64,000 nt of DNA from positions 22,278 through 86,277 of the forward strand of contig JAJZNL010000040.1 in NCBI GenBank assembly GCA_021852345.1, in the 5' to 3' direction. The stretch's first letter is position 1. Every line of letters begins with the position of its first letter. The notes beneath the pieces were generated by a model that was not told the origin of the DNA, made no database searches, and saw only the letters and a list, made by a program, of their open reading frames with translations. The stretch comes from Actinomycetes bacterium. GTDB lineage: Bacteria > Actinomycetota > Acidimicrobiia > Acidimicrobiales > JABEUL01. Position numbers and translations under genes: made by a program. Shown one piece after another: positions 37,520-47,625 of the stretch.

Positions 37520-38839
37520 ATGACTAACTTAGTAACTTACGAACAATGCCGTAGATGGCTTGATTCTCATATTGATTTTGAAAAAATTACAGCTGGTTCT
37601 TCTCAGGTAAAAATGCCTACCTTAGAGAGGATATCCCAGCTTTGCAAATATTTGGGCGATCCTCAAGAATGTGCGCCGTCTTTTCATATTGCTGGAACTA
37701 ATGGCAAAGGGTCTACCGCCCGAATTATTTCAGAGCTCATTATTAAGATGAACTTAACAGTCGGAACGTTCACCTCTCCGGACCTAGGCGGGATTCACGA
37801 AAGAATATGTTATGAGTTGGAACCGATTAAAGAGGAAGAGCTGTCTGAAATTTTTAGTCTTTTGGCAAACATGGAACCGCTTTTGGCCCATGCTCCGACA
37901 AGGTTTGAACTACTATGTGCAGCCGGATTTACTTATTTTGCAAACTGCGGGGTGGATGTTCAGGTAATTGAAGTCGGTCTCGGTGGAAAATGGGATTCGA
38001 CTAACATTGTTGCCGGCACAAGTTGCGTTATTACAAACATTGGATTGGATCACACTGAAATTCTGGGGGATACCAAAGAAGAGATTGCGCTGCAAAAAGC
38101 CGGTATAGTAAAACCAGGCTCCTTGGTGACAATCGTGGAACCCGATGAAAAAATCGCCTCCGTCTTGTTGGGCGAAGCAGAAAGGCTTAGGGCCGGAAAG
38201 GTCTTTTGTCTAAATCGTGATTTTTGGGTTGAAAAAATTACGATGGCAGTCGGAGGGTGGGTTGTTGATTTTAAGACACCATACAGTGAATTTAAAGATG
38301 TTTTCTTATCTCTTCTCGGGGAACATCAGATAAACAATGCAATTGGGGCGGTGGTCGCTGTCGAAGCATTTTTTGACAAAGGAATCAGCGAAGATTTAAT
38401 GAAGGAATGCTTATCTACCGTATCGGTTCCAGGCCGCCTTGAGATAGTGGGAAACAATCCTTTGGTTGTTCTAGACGGAGCACATAACGTTGAAGGAGTC
38501 AAAGTACTAAATGAGGCCCTTAATAAAGAGTTGGCATTTCCAAAAAGTGTTAATTTAATTATCGGGATTTTGGCAAACAAGAACGCTTACGGTATGTTAT
38601 CGCAACTTCAACTTGGTTCCAGAATTAAAAATGTCATAGTGGTTGAGCCAAACTCACCGAGGCGTTTGGATGCATATCAGCTGCTTGATATGTGCGAGGA
38701 TATATTTGAAGGGGCAAACTGTATTGTTGAAAAAAACTATGTTAAAGCTCTCGACTACGGCCGTACTAAAGACGATCCCGAAATGGTTTTAATTACGGGC
38801 TCTCTTTATGTTGTGGGTGATATGCGCTCTATCGTGTAG
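37520..38839 (+). CDS. folC: Bifunctional folylpolyglutamate synthase / dihydrofolate synthase
   Basis: 439 aa, Mur-ligase fold. Motifs are 'GTNGKGST' and 'LDGAHN'. Confidence 0.85.
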   Translation: MTNLVTYEQCRRWLDSHIDFEKITAGSSQVKMPTLERISQLCKYLGDPQECAPSFHIAGTNGKGSTARIISELIIKMNLTVGTFTSPDLGGIHERICYELEPIKEEELSEIFSLLANMEPLLAHAPTRFELLCAAGFTYFANCGVDVQVIEVGLGGKWDSTNIVAGTSCVITNIGLDHTEILGDTKEEIALQKAGIVKPGSLVTIVEPDEKIASVLLGEAERLRAGKVFCLNRDFWVEKITMAVGGWVVDFKTPYSEFKDVFLSLLGEHQINNAIGAVVAVEAFFDKGISEDLMKECLSTVSVPGRLEIVGNNPLVVLDGAHNVEGVKVLNEALNKELAFPKSVNLIIGILANKNAYGMLSQLQLGSRIKNVIVVEPNSPRRLDAYQLLDMCEDIFEGANCIVEKNYVKALDYGRTKDDPEMVLITGSLYVVGDMRSIV

Positions 38840-38851
38840 CATGGATATGTT

Positions 38852-39268
38852 ATGAATAAAACTCTTGTAATAATAAAACCAGATGGGGTTGAAAGATCTT
38901 TAGTCGGAAGGATAGTTTCCAGATTTGAAGACCGCGGATTTAAAATTGCGACGGGGCGATTTGAGACAATTTCCAATGAATTGGCTCAAAAGCACTATGG
39001 AGAGCATGCAGATAAACCCTTTTTCGGCGAGTTGGTAACCTTCATTACTAGATCTCCGAGTTTTGTTTTTGTGCTTGAAGGGCCAGAAGATACTTGGTCT
39101 ATTGTCAGATCCATGATGGGTAAAACCAATCCGCTTGATTCTCCTTGCGGCACTATACGCGGTGACTTTGCCACGGAGATTGCCGAAAATATAGTCCACG
39201 GATCGGATTCTGCAGAGTCCGCAAGACGTGAAATAGGAATATTTTTCCCCGATTTTAAGCTGGATTAA
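38852..39268 (+). CDS. ndk: Nucleoside diphosphate kinase
   Basis: 138 aa. Motifs are 'TLVIIKPDGV' and 'NIVHGSDS' (active-site His). Confidence 0.95.
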   Translation: MNKTLVIIKPDGVERSLVGRIVSRFEDRGFKIATGRFETISNELAQKHYGEHADKPFFGELVTFITRSPSFVFVLEGPEDTWSIVRSMMGKTNPLDSPCGTIRGDFATEIAENIVHGSDSAESARREIGIFFPDFKLD

Positions 39269-39418
39269 GTACTAAATTACTTAAATAGCGGCCTTTAAAG
39301 GTATCTATTTATGACTTTTTGGAAATGTCTGTATTAAATTGCCTGATGGTTTGATAAATGTCGGCAATAATATGCTATTAAAATGGTATTTTAAAGTTTC
39401 TTTTTTTGGAGGGCAGTT

Positions 39419-40450
39419 ATGAAAAGCTCGTTAAGTCTATTCCCCGGTAGGGATATGGCGGTTGACCTCGGAACCGCAAACACCTTAGTATACGTCAAGG
39501 GCAGGGGAATTGTCCTTAATGAGCCTTCAGTGGTTGCCATCAACACTAAAGACGGTAAGCCGTTAGCTGTAGGTATTGAAGCCGCAAAAATGATAGGACG
39601 GACACCAAGTCATATCCAAGCTATACGCCCGCTAAAAGACGGCGTTATCGCCGATTTTGAAATCTGTGAAAGAATGCTTAGGTATTTTATCGGTAAGGTT
39701 CACTCTAAAAGATGGGCTAAGCCTGACATGATAATCTGTGTTCCGTCTGGGTGTACCGGAGTCGAACAGCGTGCGGTATTAGAAGCTGCCGAATATGCGG
39801 GAGCCAGAAGAGCTTACATTATAGAAGAGCCTATGGCTGCGGCAATCGGAGCTGGACTTCCGGTTCATGAACCTATGGGGAACATGGTAGTTGATATTGG
39901 TGGAGGTACCACGGAGGTTGCAGTTATTTCTCTAGGCGGTATCGTGGTCAGCCAATCGATTAGAATTGCTGGCGACGAATTAAACGATTCGATAATTTCC
40001 TTTATTAAAAAAGAATATAATTTGGCTTTGGGTGAAAGAACGGCCGAAAAAATTAAGATAACTCTTGGTTCTGCTTGCCCGTTAGAAGCTGAACTTACCG
40101 CAGAAATCCGAGGAAGAGATTTAGTTACCGGTTTGCCTAAAACGGTTGTAACTTCAACCAAGGAGATCAGAAGAGCAACTGAAGAGCCGGTGGAGGCAAT
40201 CGTGGATGCCGTTAAGAATACGTTGGACAAAACCCCTCCAGAACTTGCCGCAGACATTATGGAGCAAGGTATAGTTCTAACAGGAGGCGGAGCATTGTTG
40301 CACGGATTGGATGTAAGACTTCATTCAGAGACGGGAATGCCTATTTATGTTGCCGAAACCCCATTGGACTGTGTGGCTAAAGGATCGGGTCAGTGCCTAG
40401 AATCCTTCCCTGCAATCAAAGACTCACTTTTGACATCTTCTAGTCAGTAG
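39419..40450 (+). CDS. mreB: Rod shape-determining protein MreB
   Basis: GGAGG precedes the ATG. Motifs are 'DLGTANT', '[13 protein letters not shown]' and '[11 protein letters not shown]'. Confidence 0.95.
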   Translation: MKSSLSLFPGRDMAVDLGTANTLVYVKGRGIVLNEPSVVAINTKDGKPLAVGIEAAKMIGRTPSHIQAIRPLKDGVIADFEICERMLRYFIGKVHSKRWAKPDMIICVPSGCTGVEQRAVLEAAEYAGARRAYIIEEPMAAAIGAGLPVHEPMGNMVVDIGGGTTEVAVISLGGIVVSQSIRIAGDELNDSIISFIKKEYNLALGERTAEKIKITLGSACPLEAELTAEIRGRDLVTGLPKTVVTSTKEIRRATEEPVEAIVDAVKNTLDKTPPELAADIMEQGIVLTGGGALLHGLDVRLHSETGMPIYVAETPLDCVAKGSGQCLESFPAIKDSLLTSSSQ

Positions 40451-40452
40451 AA

Positions 40453-41484
40453 GTGGCACGAAGAAAAAGACGGAATAACCGTTCAAGATCTAAAACTCAA
40501 TCGACAATTATATTTTTGATTTTGTTAAGCTTGACGATAGTTTCCTTTGCCTATCGCGGTCCTCTGTCGTTAAAAATTTCGCACGCCCAAAATTATGCGC
40601 GAGATGTCGTGTCCCCAATTCAACGCGGCGTTCAGTCAATGGTAAATCCAATCTCTAATTCCATTATTGGGGCTTCAAACTACAATCAAATTGCTTCTCA
40701 GAATAAAGCATTGCAACGACAGGTTAAGGTGTTGCAAAAACAGCTCAAGTCAAATATAGATGCTCAAACTAGGCTAAGCGAGATTACGGCTTTAGAAAAT
40801 CTTCCGTATGCTCAATCAATGCCAATCGTAGTGGCACAAGTTATTAACAGCTCAATGTCCAATTATTCGCAGACCATAGAGCTTGACAAAGGTACTACAT
40901 CGGGGGTTGGAGTAGGTATGTCTGTTGTAACCCCACAAGGATTGGTCGGCCGGGTGATCTCCGCCGGAAGTTCAACCTGCGTGGTCTTATTGATTACCGA
41001 TCCTTCTAATACCATTAGTGTTACTCTATATTTTAATAACGGGAAACCGATAAATTCTTCGACCCCTCCATCAAGTGCGACCCCTACGACGACTGTTGCC
41101 TCTAACGGAACGACCCAACCTACAACAACCCAGTCCACTGCAACTCAGACAAGTCAACCCGCATCATCTTCACCGTCAAGTACTACTGCTCAAGCTGCGC
41201 CCCAAAATAACGTAACACAGATATTCGCACTTGCCAACGGGCAAAGCGGCTCCAATCATTTAAGTTTGTCTTTTGTTCCCCCAACGGCCAACCCTGGAAA
41301 TGGGCAGTTCATATTCACTGCATCATTAAACGGAGGTGATTATCCGCCGGGTATTCCGGTAGGTTTTATTTCAGATGTGACCATTAAACCTGGCAATTTA
41401 CAGGGTTCGATTAACATAGCTCCATTCGTGAGTTTCACAAATTTAAATTACGTTGACGTATTACAGTGGCTGCCCGCACCCTGA
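40453..41484 (+). CDS. mreC: Rod shape-determining protein MreC, with an internal S/T/P/Q-rich insertion
   Basis: It has an N-terminal TM segment, a coiled coil and 'GMSVVTPQGLVGRV'. Position after mreB fits. An insertion of ~60 aa of low complexity (aa ~195-253) is present. Confidence 0.8.
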   Translation: MARRKRRNNRSRSKTQSTIIFLILLSLTIVSFAYRGPLSLKISHAQNYARDVVSPIQRGVQSMVNPISNSIIGASNYNQIASQNKALQRQVKVLQKQLKSNIDAQTRLSEITALENLPYAQSMPIVVAQVINSSMSNYSQTIELDKGTTSGVGVGMSVVTPQGLVGRVISAGSSTCVVLLITDPSNTISVTLYFNNGKPINSSTPPSSATPTTTVASNGTTQPTTTQSTATQTSQPASSSPSSTTAQAAPQNNVTQIFALANGQSGSNHLSLSFVPPTANPGNGQFIFTASLNGGDYPPGIPVGFISDVTIKPGNLQGSINIAPFVSFTNLNYVDVLQWLPAP

Positions 41485-41499
41485 TCTATTTTAAATTAA

Positions 41500-42006
41500 A
41501 TGCCATATTCGATTAAAATTACAGCATTAACGGCGATCGTACTTATCGTTCAGCTAAGCGTTATGGATGTTTATAACTATAATTTGGTCCACGACAACTT
41601 AGTTGCTCTTTTGGTTGTCGCAGTTGCCTTTAAGGTAGGTCCTGTTAGAGGAGCTACCTTTGGTTTTGTGGCCGGATTAATCTATGGGTTATTTTCAACC
41701 ACTATTTACGGAACCTCGTCATTGGAGTTCGTGCTTTTGGGATTTGTGGCAGGTAGGTCATCCAATCTAAATATATTTGACAATTTTTTGGTCAAATCGG
41801 TATTTGCTGGAATCCTGACTTCAATTGCCGCAGTGTTTGTTGTAATCTTTTTAAAGTTGCTTGATCAGGCAACAGACATAGATTCTGCAACCGTTAACTT
41901 ACTATTGGTCAACTTTGTGGCAAATACTTTGCTTTACCTACCGATGGAAAAGCTAACGGGAGGATTCGTGGCAAATAGCAATGACGCAACGCAATCCGTA
42001 CTTTAA
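41500..42006 (+). CDS. mreD: Rod shape-determining protein MreD (by position)
   Basis: 168-aa polytopic membrane ORF between mreC and the PBP2 gene. There are no diagnostic motifs, so the call rests on context. Confidence 0.5.
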   Translation: MPYSIKITALTAIVLIVQLSVMDVYNYNLVHDNLVALLVVAVAFKVGPVRGATFGFVAGLIYGLFSTTIYGTSSLEFVLLGFVAGRSSNLNIFDNFLVKSVFAGILTSIAAVFVVIFLKLLDQATDIDSATVNLLLVNFVANTLLYLPMEKLTGGFVANSNDATQSVL

Positions 42007-42025
42007 ATTGTGAGCATTTAACTTT

Positions 42026-44014
42026 ATGGCAGTGTCAAGAAGTAGAAAAAGAACCTTAAGAAAACTAGTCAATAGGACTATTGATGCCCGTAAGGACGTT
42101 AAATTTAGTCGACCAGGATTGAGGCTGGGAATCTTATTCGTACTTGTCGTTTTACTTTTTTCTTCATTGCTGATGCGACTTTGGTTTGTACAGGTTTTAA
42201 ATGTGAAGCAGTATAAACAAGCAGTAAATGTGGATACCGTTAGGATAGTTTCGATACCCCCAGTTCGAGGATTAATTTTCGACCGAAATGGAAATTTGTT
42301 GGTAGGTAACAAAGTGGTTGAAGAGGTCACCTTAAGTCGCCAGATTGTGAAATCCAACCCTTCTGTTATTGCAAATTTAGCAGCGATATTGTCAATGACC
42401 CCGCAGCAGATAAATGCCGCTTTGAATAATGTTAACTACTCTATCTACCAACCCGTACCCATTAAAACTAACATCTCAGTTCAGACGGCAGCTTTGATAG
42501 AACAAGATCAGGCTCAGCTACCGGGGGTGCAGGTGGTGCTTACAACTCAACGCTACTATCCCTACGGCGATCTTTTGGCTCAAGTATTGGGCTATGTCGG
42601 TAATATAACTTCAACCGAACTAAAGCAACCCCAATATAAGGGGTACAGTCCGACCTCACAGGTGGGTCAGGCGGGAGTGGAACTGACTTATGAAAAGCAA
42701 CTTCAGGGTACGCCTGGGCAGATTGAATACGAAGTAAACTCCTTAAATCAACCGGTTAAAGTTCTCTCAAGAAAACCGGCCATCCCCGGAAAAGACATTA
42801 TCTTGCCTATCGACGTGGCTCTTCAGCAACAGGTGGAACAGGATTTGGCAAATCAAATTCACCAATTAAGGGGGACAGTCGATTCCACTACGGGAATTCA
42901 TCCGCCAGCTACAGCAGGTGCGGTGGTAGTAATGGATCCGAACAACGGTCACGTTCTGGCAATGGCATCGTATCCGACTTACAATCCTCAACTTTGGGTA
43001 GGCGGAATCACACCTGCAAATTATCAAGCCATTACTTCGGCGGCCAACTACGAACCCTTGTTAAATCGTGCAATAAGCGGTGAATATATCCCCGGGTCTA
43101 CGTTTAAACTGGCAACTGCGACGGCAGCTTTAAACTCGGGGTTGATATCCCCCTATACTTTAATCCATGATACTGGGCAATTTACTATACCTCAACCGTG
43201 TAGCGGAAAATGTAGTTATCACAACGCCGCTCACGAAGCACTTGGGTATCTTAATGTAACTAAAGCTATCGGAGCTTCCGATGACGTTTTCTTTTATACA
43301 TTGGGCTATGATTTCTGGATAAACCGTAATAAGTACGGCCAAACTCCCATTCAAGATTATGCTGCTAAATACGGTTTCGGTCAGCTAACGGGCATTAATT
43401 TGCCTTATGAATCCGCCGGGAGGGTTGACTCACCACAAGAGAGACTGAAACTTCATGCAATGGCTCCGGCGGCATTTCCAAACTATCACTGGTATGCCGG
43501 AGACAACATAGAAATGGCCTTCGGACAGGGCGAAACTGTAATTACTCCGATTCAATTAGCAGACGCATATGCAACGTTGGCCAACGGCGGTACGAGGTAT
43601 AAACCACAAATTGTGGCAAAGATAGCCAATGCAAACGGGACTCAAGTGGATACAATACAAAATCAGATTATGGCAACGGTCTCACTGCCTTCGACTACGA
43701 GGAGCACTCTTTTGCAGGGTTTTACTAACGCAATCGTTCAACCCTATGGTACTGCTTATGGAATTTTCCAAGGATTTCCTTTGTCACAATTTCCGCTAGC
43801 TGGTAAAACGGGTACTGCACAGACCAACCATGTCGAACCGGACTCGTTGTTCGTAGCGTTTGGACCTACAAACTCACCAAAATATGTAGTGTCTGCAGTT
43901 GTCGAACAAGGGGGTTATGGAGATTTAGGCGCTGCACCTATTGTAAGAAATGTAATGTCGTACCTAATGAATAACTCACCGCCCGCAATTACAATACCAA
44001 AGGCAAACTCTTAA
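42026..44014 (+). CDS. mrdA: Penicillin-binding protein 2 (class B transpeptidase)
   Basis: 662 aa with an N-terminal TM anchor. It carries 'GSTFK' (SxxK) and 'KTGTAQ' (KTG) and follows mreBCD. Confidence 0.85.
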   Translation: MAVSRSRKRTLRKLVNRTIDARKDVKFSRPGLRLGILFVLVVLLFSSLLMRLWFVQVLNVKQYKQAVNVDTVRIVSIPPVRGLIFDRNGNLLVGNKVVEEVTLSRQIVKSNPSVIANLAAILSMTPQQINAALNNVNYSIYQPVPIKTNISVQTAALIEQDQAQLPGVQVVLTTQRYYPYGDLLAQVLGYVGNITSTELKQPQYKGYSPTSQVGQAGVELTYEKQLQGTPGQIEYEVNSLNQPVKVLSRKPAIPGKDIILPIDVALQQQVEQDLANQIHQLRGTVDSTTGIHPPATAGAVVVMDPNNGHVLAMASYPTYNPQLWVGGITPANYQAITSAANYEPLLNRAISGEYIPGSTFKLATATAALNSGLISPYTLIHDTGQFTIPQPCSGKCSYHNAAHEALGYLNVTKAIGASDDVFFYTLGYDFWINRNKYGQTPIQDYAAKYGFGQLTGINLPYESAGRVDSPQERLKLHAMAPAAFPNYHWYAGDNIEMAFGQGETVITPIQLADAYATLANGGTRYKPQIVAKIANANGTQVDTIQNQIMATVSLPSTTRSTLLQGFTNAIVQPYGTAYGIFQGFPLSQFPLAGKTGTAQTNHVEPDSLFVAFGPTNSPKYVVSAVVEQGGYGDLGAAPIVRNVMSYLMNNSPPAITIPKANS

Positions 44015-44130
44015 GAAGAATTGTTAATGCAGTGAATGCAGCGAAGTTTTAAAGAGTTCGCTAGTATAAAATACGCGTTAAGTAAGATCGATATTCTTAA
44101 ATAACTTACACTTTGATTTTAAAGAATAGA

Positions 44131-44757
44131 CTACTTGCTCAGGTCGCGTAATGAATTTGACAAGATAAAATCCGTAGAATTTAATTTATCCACTATGTGG
44201 CGCTCAGCTGCGTAATTTAAATTTGAATTAAGAGTGCCGATACCTGCTCTGAGGGCATGTATAAGACTTAAAATAAATTGGGGGTAAGAGCTTTTACTGA
44301 TGTTGCTCAAAATGTTAATGCAGTCATCCTCGTCTTTCAACAGATCAAAGAATTGTATGACATTTAACAGTTCCAAATCGTCGTTATCGCCGGATTCGAG
44401 CTTGCCAAAAGAGTTACCAAAATTTCTTGTAACGTCGAAATCGTTTAAATTTGACAGAACTTGATTAATAAAACCAACAACAAGTTGAGATGAGTTTTTG
44501 CTTAATCCGACGTTGTTTAACGGATCAAGGTGATACACCGAGATTGGCATTAAGGTTTTCCAGTTGGCAGATTCTTCAAAAAATATGAGTGAGAATTTGG
44601 ATAATGTAACTTGGCTCAGGTTACTTAGTTGCAAATTTTTAAGTTCTAAACATGCTTTTCCCAAAAAGGATTCAAAGGAACTTATGAATTCGCAAAGCGT
44701 TGCGGTATCTTCTACAGTATTAAAGTCAGTCTCGTCAGTCGTTTTTTCGCTTGTCAT
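44131..44757 (-). CDS. Hypothetical acidic protein, probably co-transcribed with nadE
   Basis: 208-aa ORF starting 13 nt after the nadE stop on the same strand. It is D/E/S/N/L-rich. I recognise no family. Confidence 0.4.
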   Translation of the reverse strand: MTSEKTTDETDFNTVEDTATLCEFISSFESFLGKACLELKNLQLSNLSQVTLSKFSLIFFEESANWKTLMPISVYHLDPLNNVGLSKNSSQLVVGFINQVLSNLNDFDVTRNFGNSFGKLESGDNDDLELLNVIQFFDLLKDEDDCINILSNISKSSYPQFILSLIHALRAGIGTLNSNLNYAAERHIVDKLNSTDFILSNSLRDLSK

Positions 44758-44770
44758 GATTAAAGATTAA

Positions 44771-46519
44771 TTAGTCCCTGAATCTGTTTGTAATTGGCAT
44801 TCTACGGTCTTTTCCGAAGGATTTAGAGGAGATTTTAATTCCAGGGGGACTCTGTCTTCTCTTATATTCTGCTGCATCAATTAAATTTGCGATTCTTTGA
44901 AGAACCTCCAGTGGATATTTATCGGAGTCAATTTCTGAGACAATGTGATCATGGTTAATCAGCTCGATTAGACAAGCGTCTAATAAGTCATATGGGGGGA
45001 GGCTTTGATCATCGCGTTGGTCAAAACGCAGTTCCGCACTTGGTGGCTTCACCAATACGTTTTCGGGGATTACGTAGCCTTGAAGGTTACGCCATTTACA
45101 TAGCTCATATACCTGAGTTTTTAGAACATCTTTAATTACCGAAAATCCTCCGGCGCTGTCGCCGTACAGAGTTGAATAGCCGACTGCCAATTCAGATTTA
45201 TTTGAAGTCGTAAGTACTAAATAAGAATTTAAGTTCGAAATCGCCATCAATATGACTCCGCGTATTCTGCTTTGTATATTTTCGCCGGCTAAACCTTCAA
45301 GTCGCATCTCTAAGGTCTGATTAAAAAGTGATTCGAATTCCTTATGGACAGATTCAATAGGTATTGTCTTAAAGTCAATATTTAACAGCGATGCTAATTC
45401 TTGAGCATCTGTTAATGATTCGTGAGCGTTGTACCTAGACGGCATTGCAATACCTATTACATTGTCCGCACCCAACGCATCTACTGCTATTGCCGCTACC
45501 AACGAGGAATCTATACCACCAGACAAACCGATAAGCGCCCCTTTGAATGTATTTTTATTTACGTAGTCTCTTGTCCCTGTTACGAGTGCCGAATAGATCT
45601 GTTCGATTTCAGTAAGGCCTTTTATTGTGAAATGAACTGGTTCACCGTTTTTTATGAGCGGTCTTAAACTGATCGAAGTCACAGGTGACGATTTTTTGTC
45701 TTGGCGAATTTGTTTGTCCGGTATTTCCAGATCAAATATAAAGTTGCCCTCTTTGAATTGAGGTGCACTGAATACGATATTTAAGTCCGTGCCGATTAAA
45801 AATGAACCTCCGTCAAACACAAGTTCGTCTTGGGCGCCGACCATGTTTACATAGAAGATAGGTTTATTGATTTCAGTAACCCGTTCTTTTATGATATCGA
45901 TTCTTTCGTCTAATTTGCCGGTACAAAACGGAGATGCATTTATAACTACAATCAAATCGGTGGAGTCATCGACAAAAGTAGCGATAGGGCCATTTTTAAT
46001 CCAGGCATCTTCGCATATTACAACCCCAATACCAACACCCGCTATTAGGTAGATTTTTTTATCCGCCGACGGCTTTAGAAACACTCTCTTCTCATCAAAA
46101 ACAGAGTAGTTTGGTAAAACTTGTTTTCTACATATTCCAAATATGTCCGAGTCTGCCACAATCGCAGCAGAGTTGTAGGCTTTATGAAATATATGTTCGC
46201 CAAAGTCCGAGTCTTCACGAACCACGAGCTCCTGAGAGGTATCAGGGTCTGAACCTGGTTCAATGAATCCAAAAATCCCAACAGTTTTTGATGCACTGGC
46301 TGCTATTCGTTGAGCATATTCAAGTGATTTTTTTGCAAATCCCGGTTTAATTGTTAAGTCTTCGGGTGGATAACCGGTAAGAGCCAATTCGGGGAAAACA
46401 GCTAAATCCGTTCCCATGGCTTCACAGTCTTTTAGAGCTGTTATTATTTTGTTCGAATTATTTTCCAGATCCCCTACCGTTGGGTTGATCTGACAAGCGG
46501 CGATCCTTACTTTGGTCAT
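44771..46519 (-). CDS. nadE: Glutamine-dependent NAD+ synthetase
   Basis: 582 aa. The N-terminal CN-hydrolase domain has 'FPELALTGYPPEDL' and 'VVICEDAW' (catalytic Cys). The C-terminal synthetase domain has 'GLSGGIDSSL'. Confidence 0.9.
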   Translation of the reverse strand: MTKVRIAACQINPTVGDLENNSNKIITALKDCEAMGTDLAVFPELALTGYPPEDLTIKPGFAKKSLEYAQRIAASASKTVGIFGFIEPGSDPDTSQELVVREDSDFGEHIFHKAYNSAAIVADSDIFGICRKQVLPNYSVFDEKRVFLKPSADKKIYLIAGVGIGVVICEDAWIKNGPIATFVDDSTDLIVVINASPFCTGKLDERIDIIKERVTEINKPIFYVNMVGAQDELVFDGGSFLIGTDLNIVFSAPQFKEGNFIFDLEIPDKQIRQDKKSSPVTSISLRPLIKNGEPVHFTIKGLTEIEQIYSALVTGTRDYVNKNTFKGALIGLSGGIDSSLVAAIAVDALGADNVIGIAMPSRYNAHESLTDAQELASLLNIDFKTIPIESVHKEFESLFNQTLEMRLEGLAGENIQSRIRGVILMAISNLNSYLVLTTSNKSELAVGYSTLYGDSAGGFSVIKDVLKTQVYELCKWRNLQGYVIPENVLVKPPSAELRFDQRDDQSLPPYDLLDACLIELINHDHIVSEIDSDKYPLEVLQRIANLIDAAEYKRRQSPPGIKISSKSFGKDRRMPITNRFRD

Positions 46520-46595
46520 ATTAAAGTTGTGAGTTAAAGTTAATTTGTTGAATAAAAGTTCTGCAGTAGTCCCACCTAAAGTTTATTTGAAATTT

Positions 46596-47069
46596 CTATC
46601 CGATTCCTACGATTTTGACTTTCAGTTTTCCGTTTGGGGCTTCATATTCAATATCGTCGCCAACCTCTTTTCCCAATAAGGCAACTCCCAACGGAGAATT
46701 AGGCGACAATACCGATACGCCTTCGGGTTTCTCTTCGATGGAGCCAACCAAAAATCGTTCGGGCTCAGTGTCGCCTTCATACAAAAGCGCTACAATTACT
46801 CCTGTAGTTACAGACGTGGCTTCAGAGTTGGTCTCGGTTACAATTTGCGAATTAGACAGTAAGTGTTCAAGTTGCCTAATCCTGGCTTCCATCTTGCCTT
46901 GGGAGTCTTTTGCCGCATGGTAGTCACCGTTTTCTGACAAATCCCCCAGAGCTCGTGCCGCCTCAATGGCTCTTGCTATTTCAACTCTGCCGACGGTTTT
47001 TAACTCGTTCAGCTCTTCATTTAGCCTGTTAAATGTTTCTTGAGTTAAATGAGTCTTTTCTTGTTCCAT
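46596..47069 (-). CDS. greA: Transcription elongation factor GreA
   Basis: 157 aa. Motifs are 'GDLSENGDYHAAK' and the C-terminal 'SPLGVALLGK..GD'. Confidence 0.95.
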   Translation of the reverse strand: MEQEKTHLTQETFNRLNEELNELKTVGRVEIARAIEAARALGDLSENGDYHAAKDSQGKMEARIRQLEHLLSNSQIVTETNSEATSVTTGVIVALLYEGDTEPERFLVGSIEEKPEGVSVLSPNSPLGVALLGKEVGDDIEYEAPNGKLKVKIVGIG

Positions 47070-47144
47070 CTGTTTCCTGTCGTATCTTTGATTTTTACTT
47101 TGACCGCTTTAAGCTAAGTAACGCTGTAAATGCATCAACTTTAT

Positions 47145-47212
47145 GAATTTGCAATTTGGTTCAATTTGCAATGTTGGTTCAATTTACTAGCGTATACAAT
47201 TTGCAGATTGCG
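47145..47212. repeat. Degenerate tandem direct repeat, ~4 x 17 nt, upstream of greA
   Basis: The units are GAATTTGCAATTTGGT, TCAATTTGCAATGTTGGT, TCAATTTACTAGCGTA and TACAATTTGCAGATTGCG. Confidence 0.7.
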
Positions 47213-47552
47213 ACCAGACTTGCTTTTAATAATTCTAAACCATTTTAAAAATTACTACTAGATTTACTATATATTTAATTTTTCGTCTCTTATTTAGTAG
47301 ATTTAATAGGCCGACGGCATTATTTATATTTAAAATTCGTATATGTTGCTTGAAACCTGCAAATAATTTATAAAAACTTTTTAATGCCAAACTAAAACTT
47401 ATCTGTATTAGGATACCGTATGCTTACGTTGCTGCTAAAATAGGTGTGAGCAAATTTAATTTTTGGATTAATTATTTGCATTAATTTTCAGTCAAAATAT
47501 TTTACTGAAAATTAAGTATTTATTAGCATAAAAATATCAATTCAATACCTTA

Positions 47553-47597
47553 ATGAGTAAGTTTAGCAGTCAGTTTCAAGTAATTGTAATTATCTGA
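47553..47597 (+). promoter_or_regulatory. Candidate leader peptide ORF (MSKFSSQFQVIVII) of an Ile/Val-responsive attenuator
   Basis: ATG AGT AAG TTT AGC AGT CAG TTT CAA GTA ATT GTA ATT ATC TGA, read directly. Five consecutive Val/Ile codons precede the stop. Two hairpins follow immediately, upstream of leuB-ilvE-cimA. Confidence 0.5.
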
Positions 47598-47620
47598 GGT
47601 GCTCGATTGATTCGAGTGCC
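47598..47620 (+). other. Leader hairpin 1 (9-bp stem, two G:U pairs) followed by TTTT
   Basis: GGTGCTCGA-ttgat-TCGAGTGCC, starting 1 nt after the leader stop codon. Confidence 0.5.
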
Positions 47621-47625
47621 TTTTC

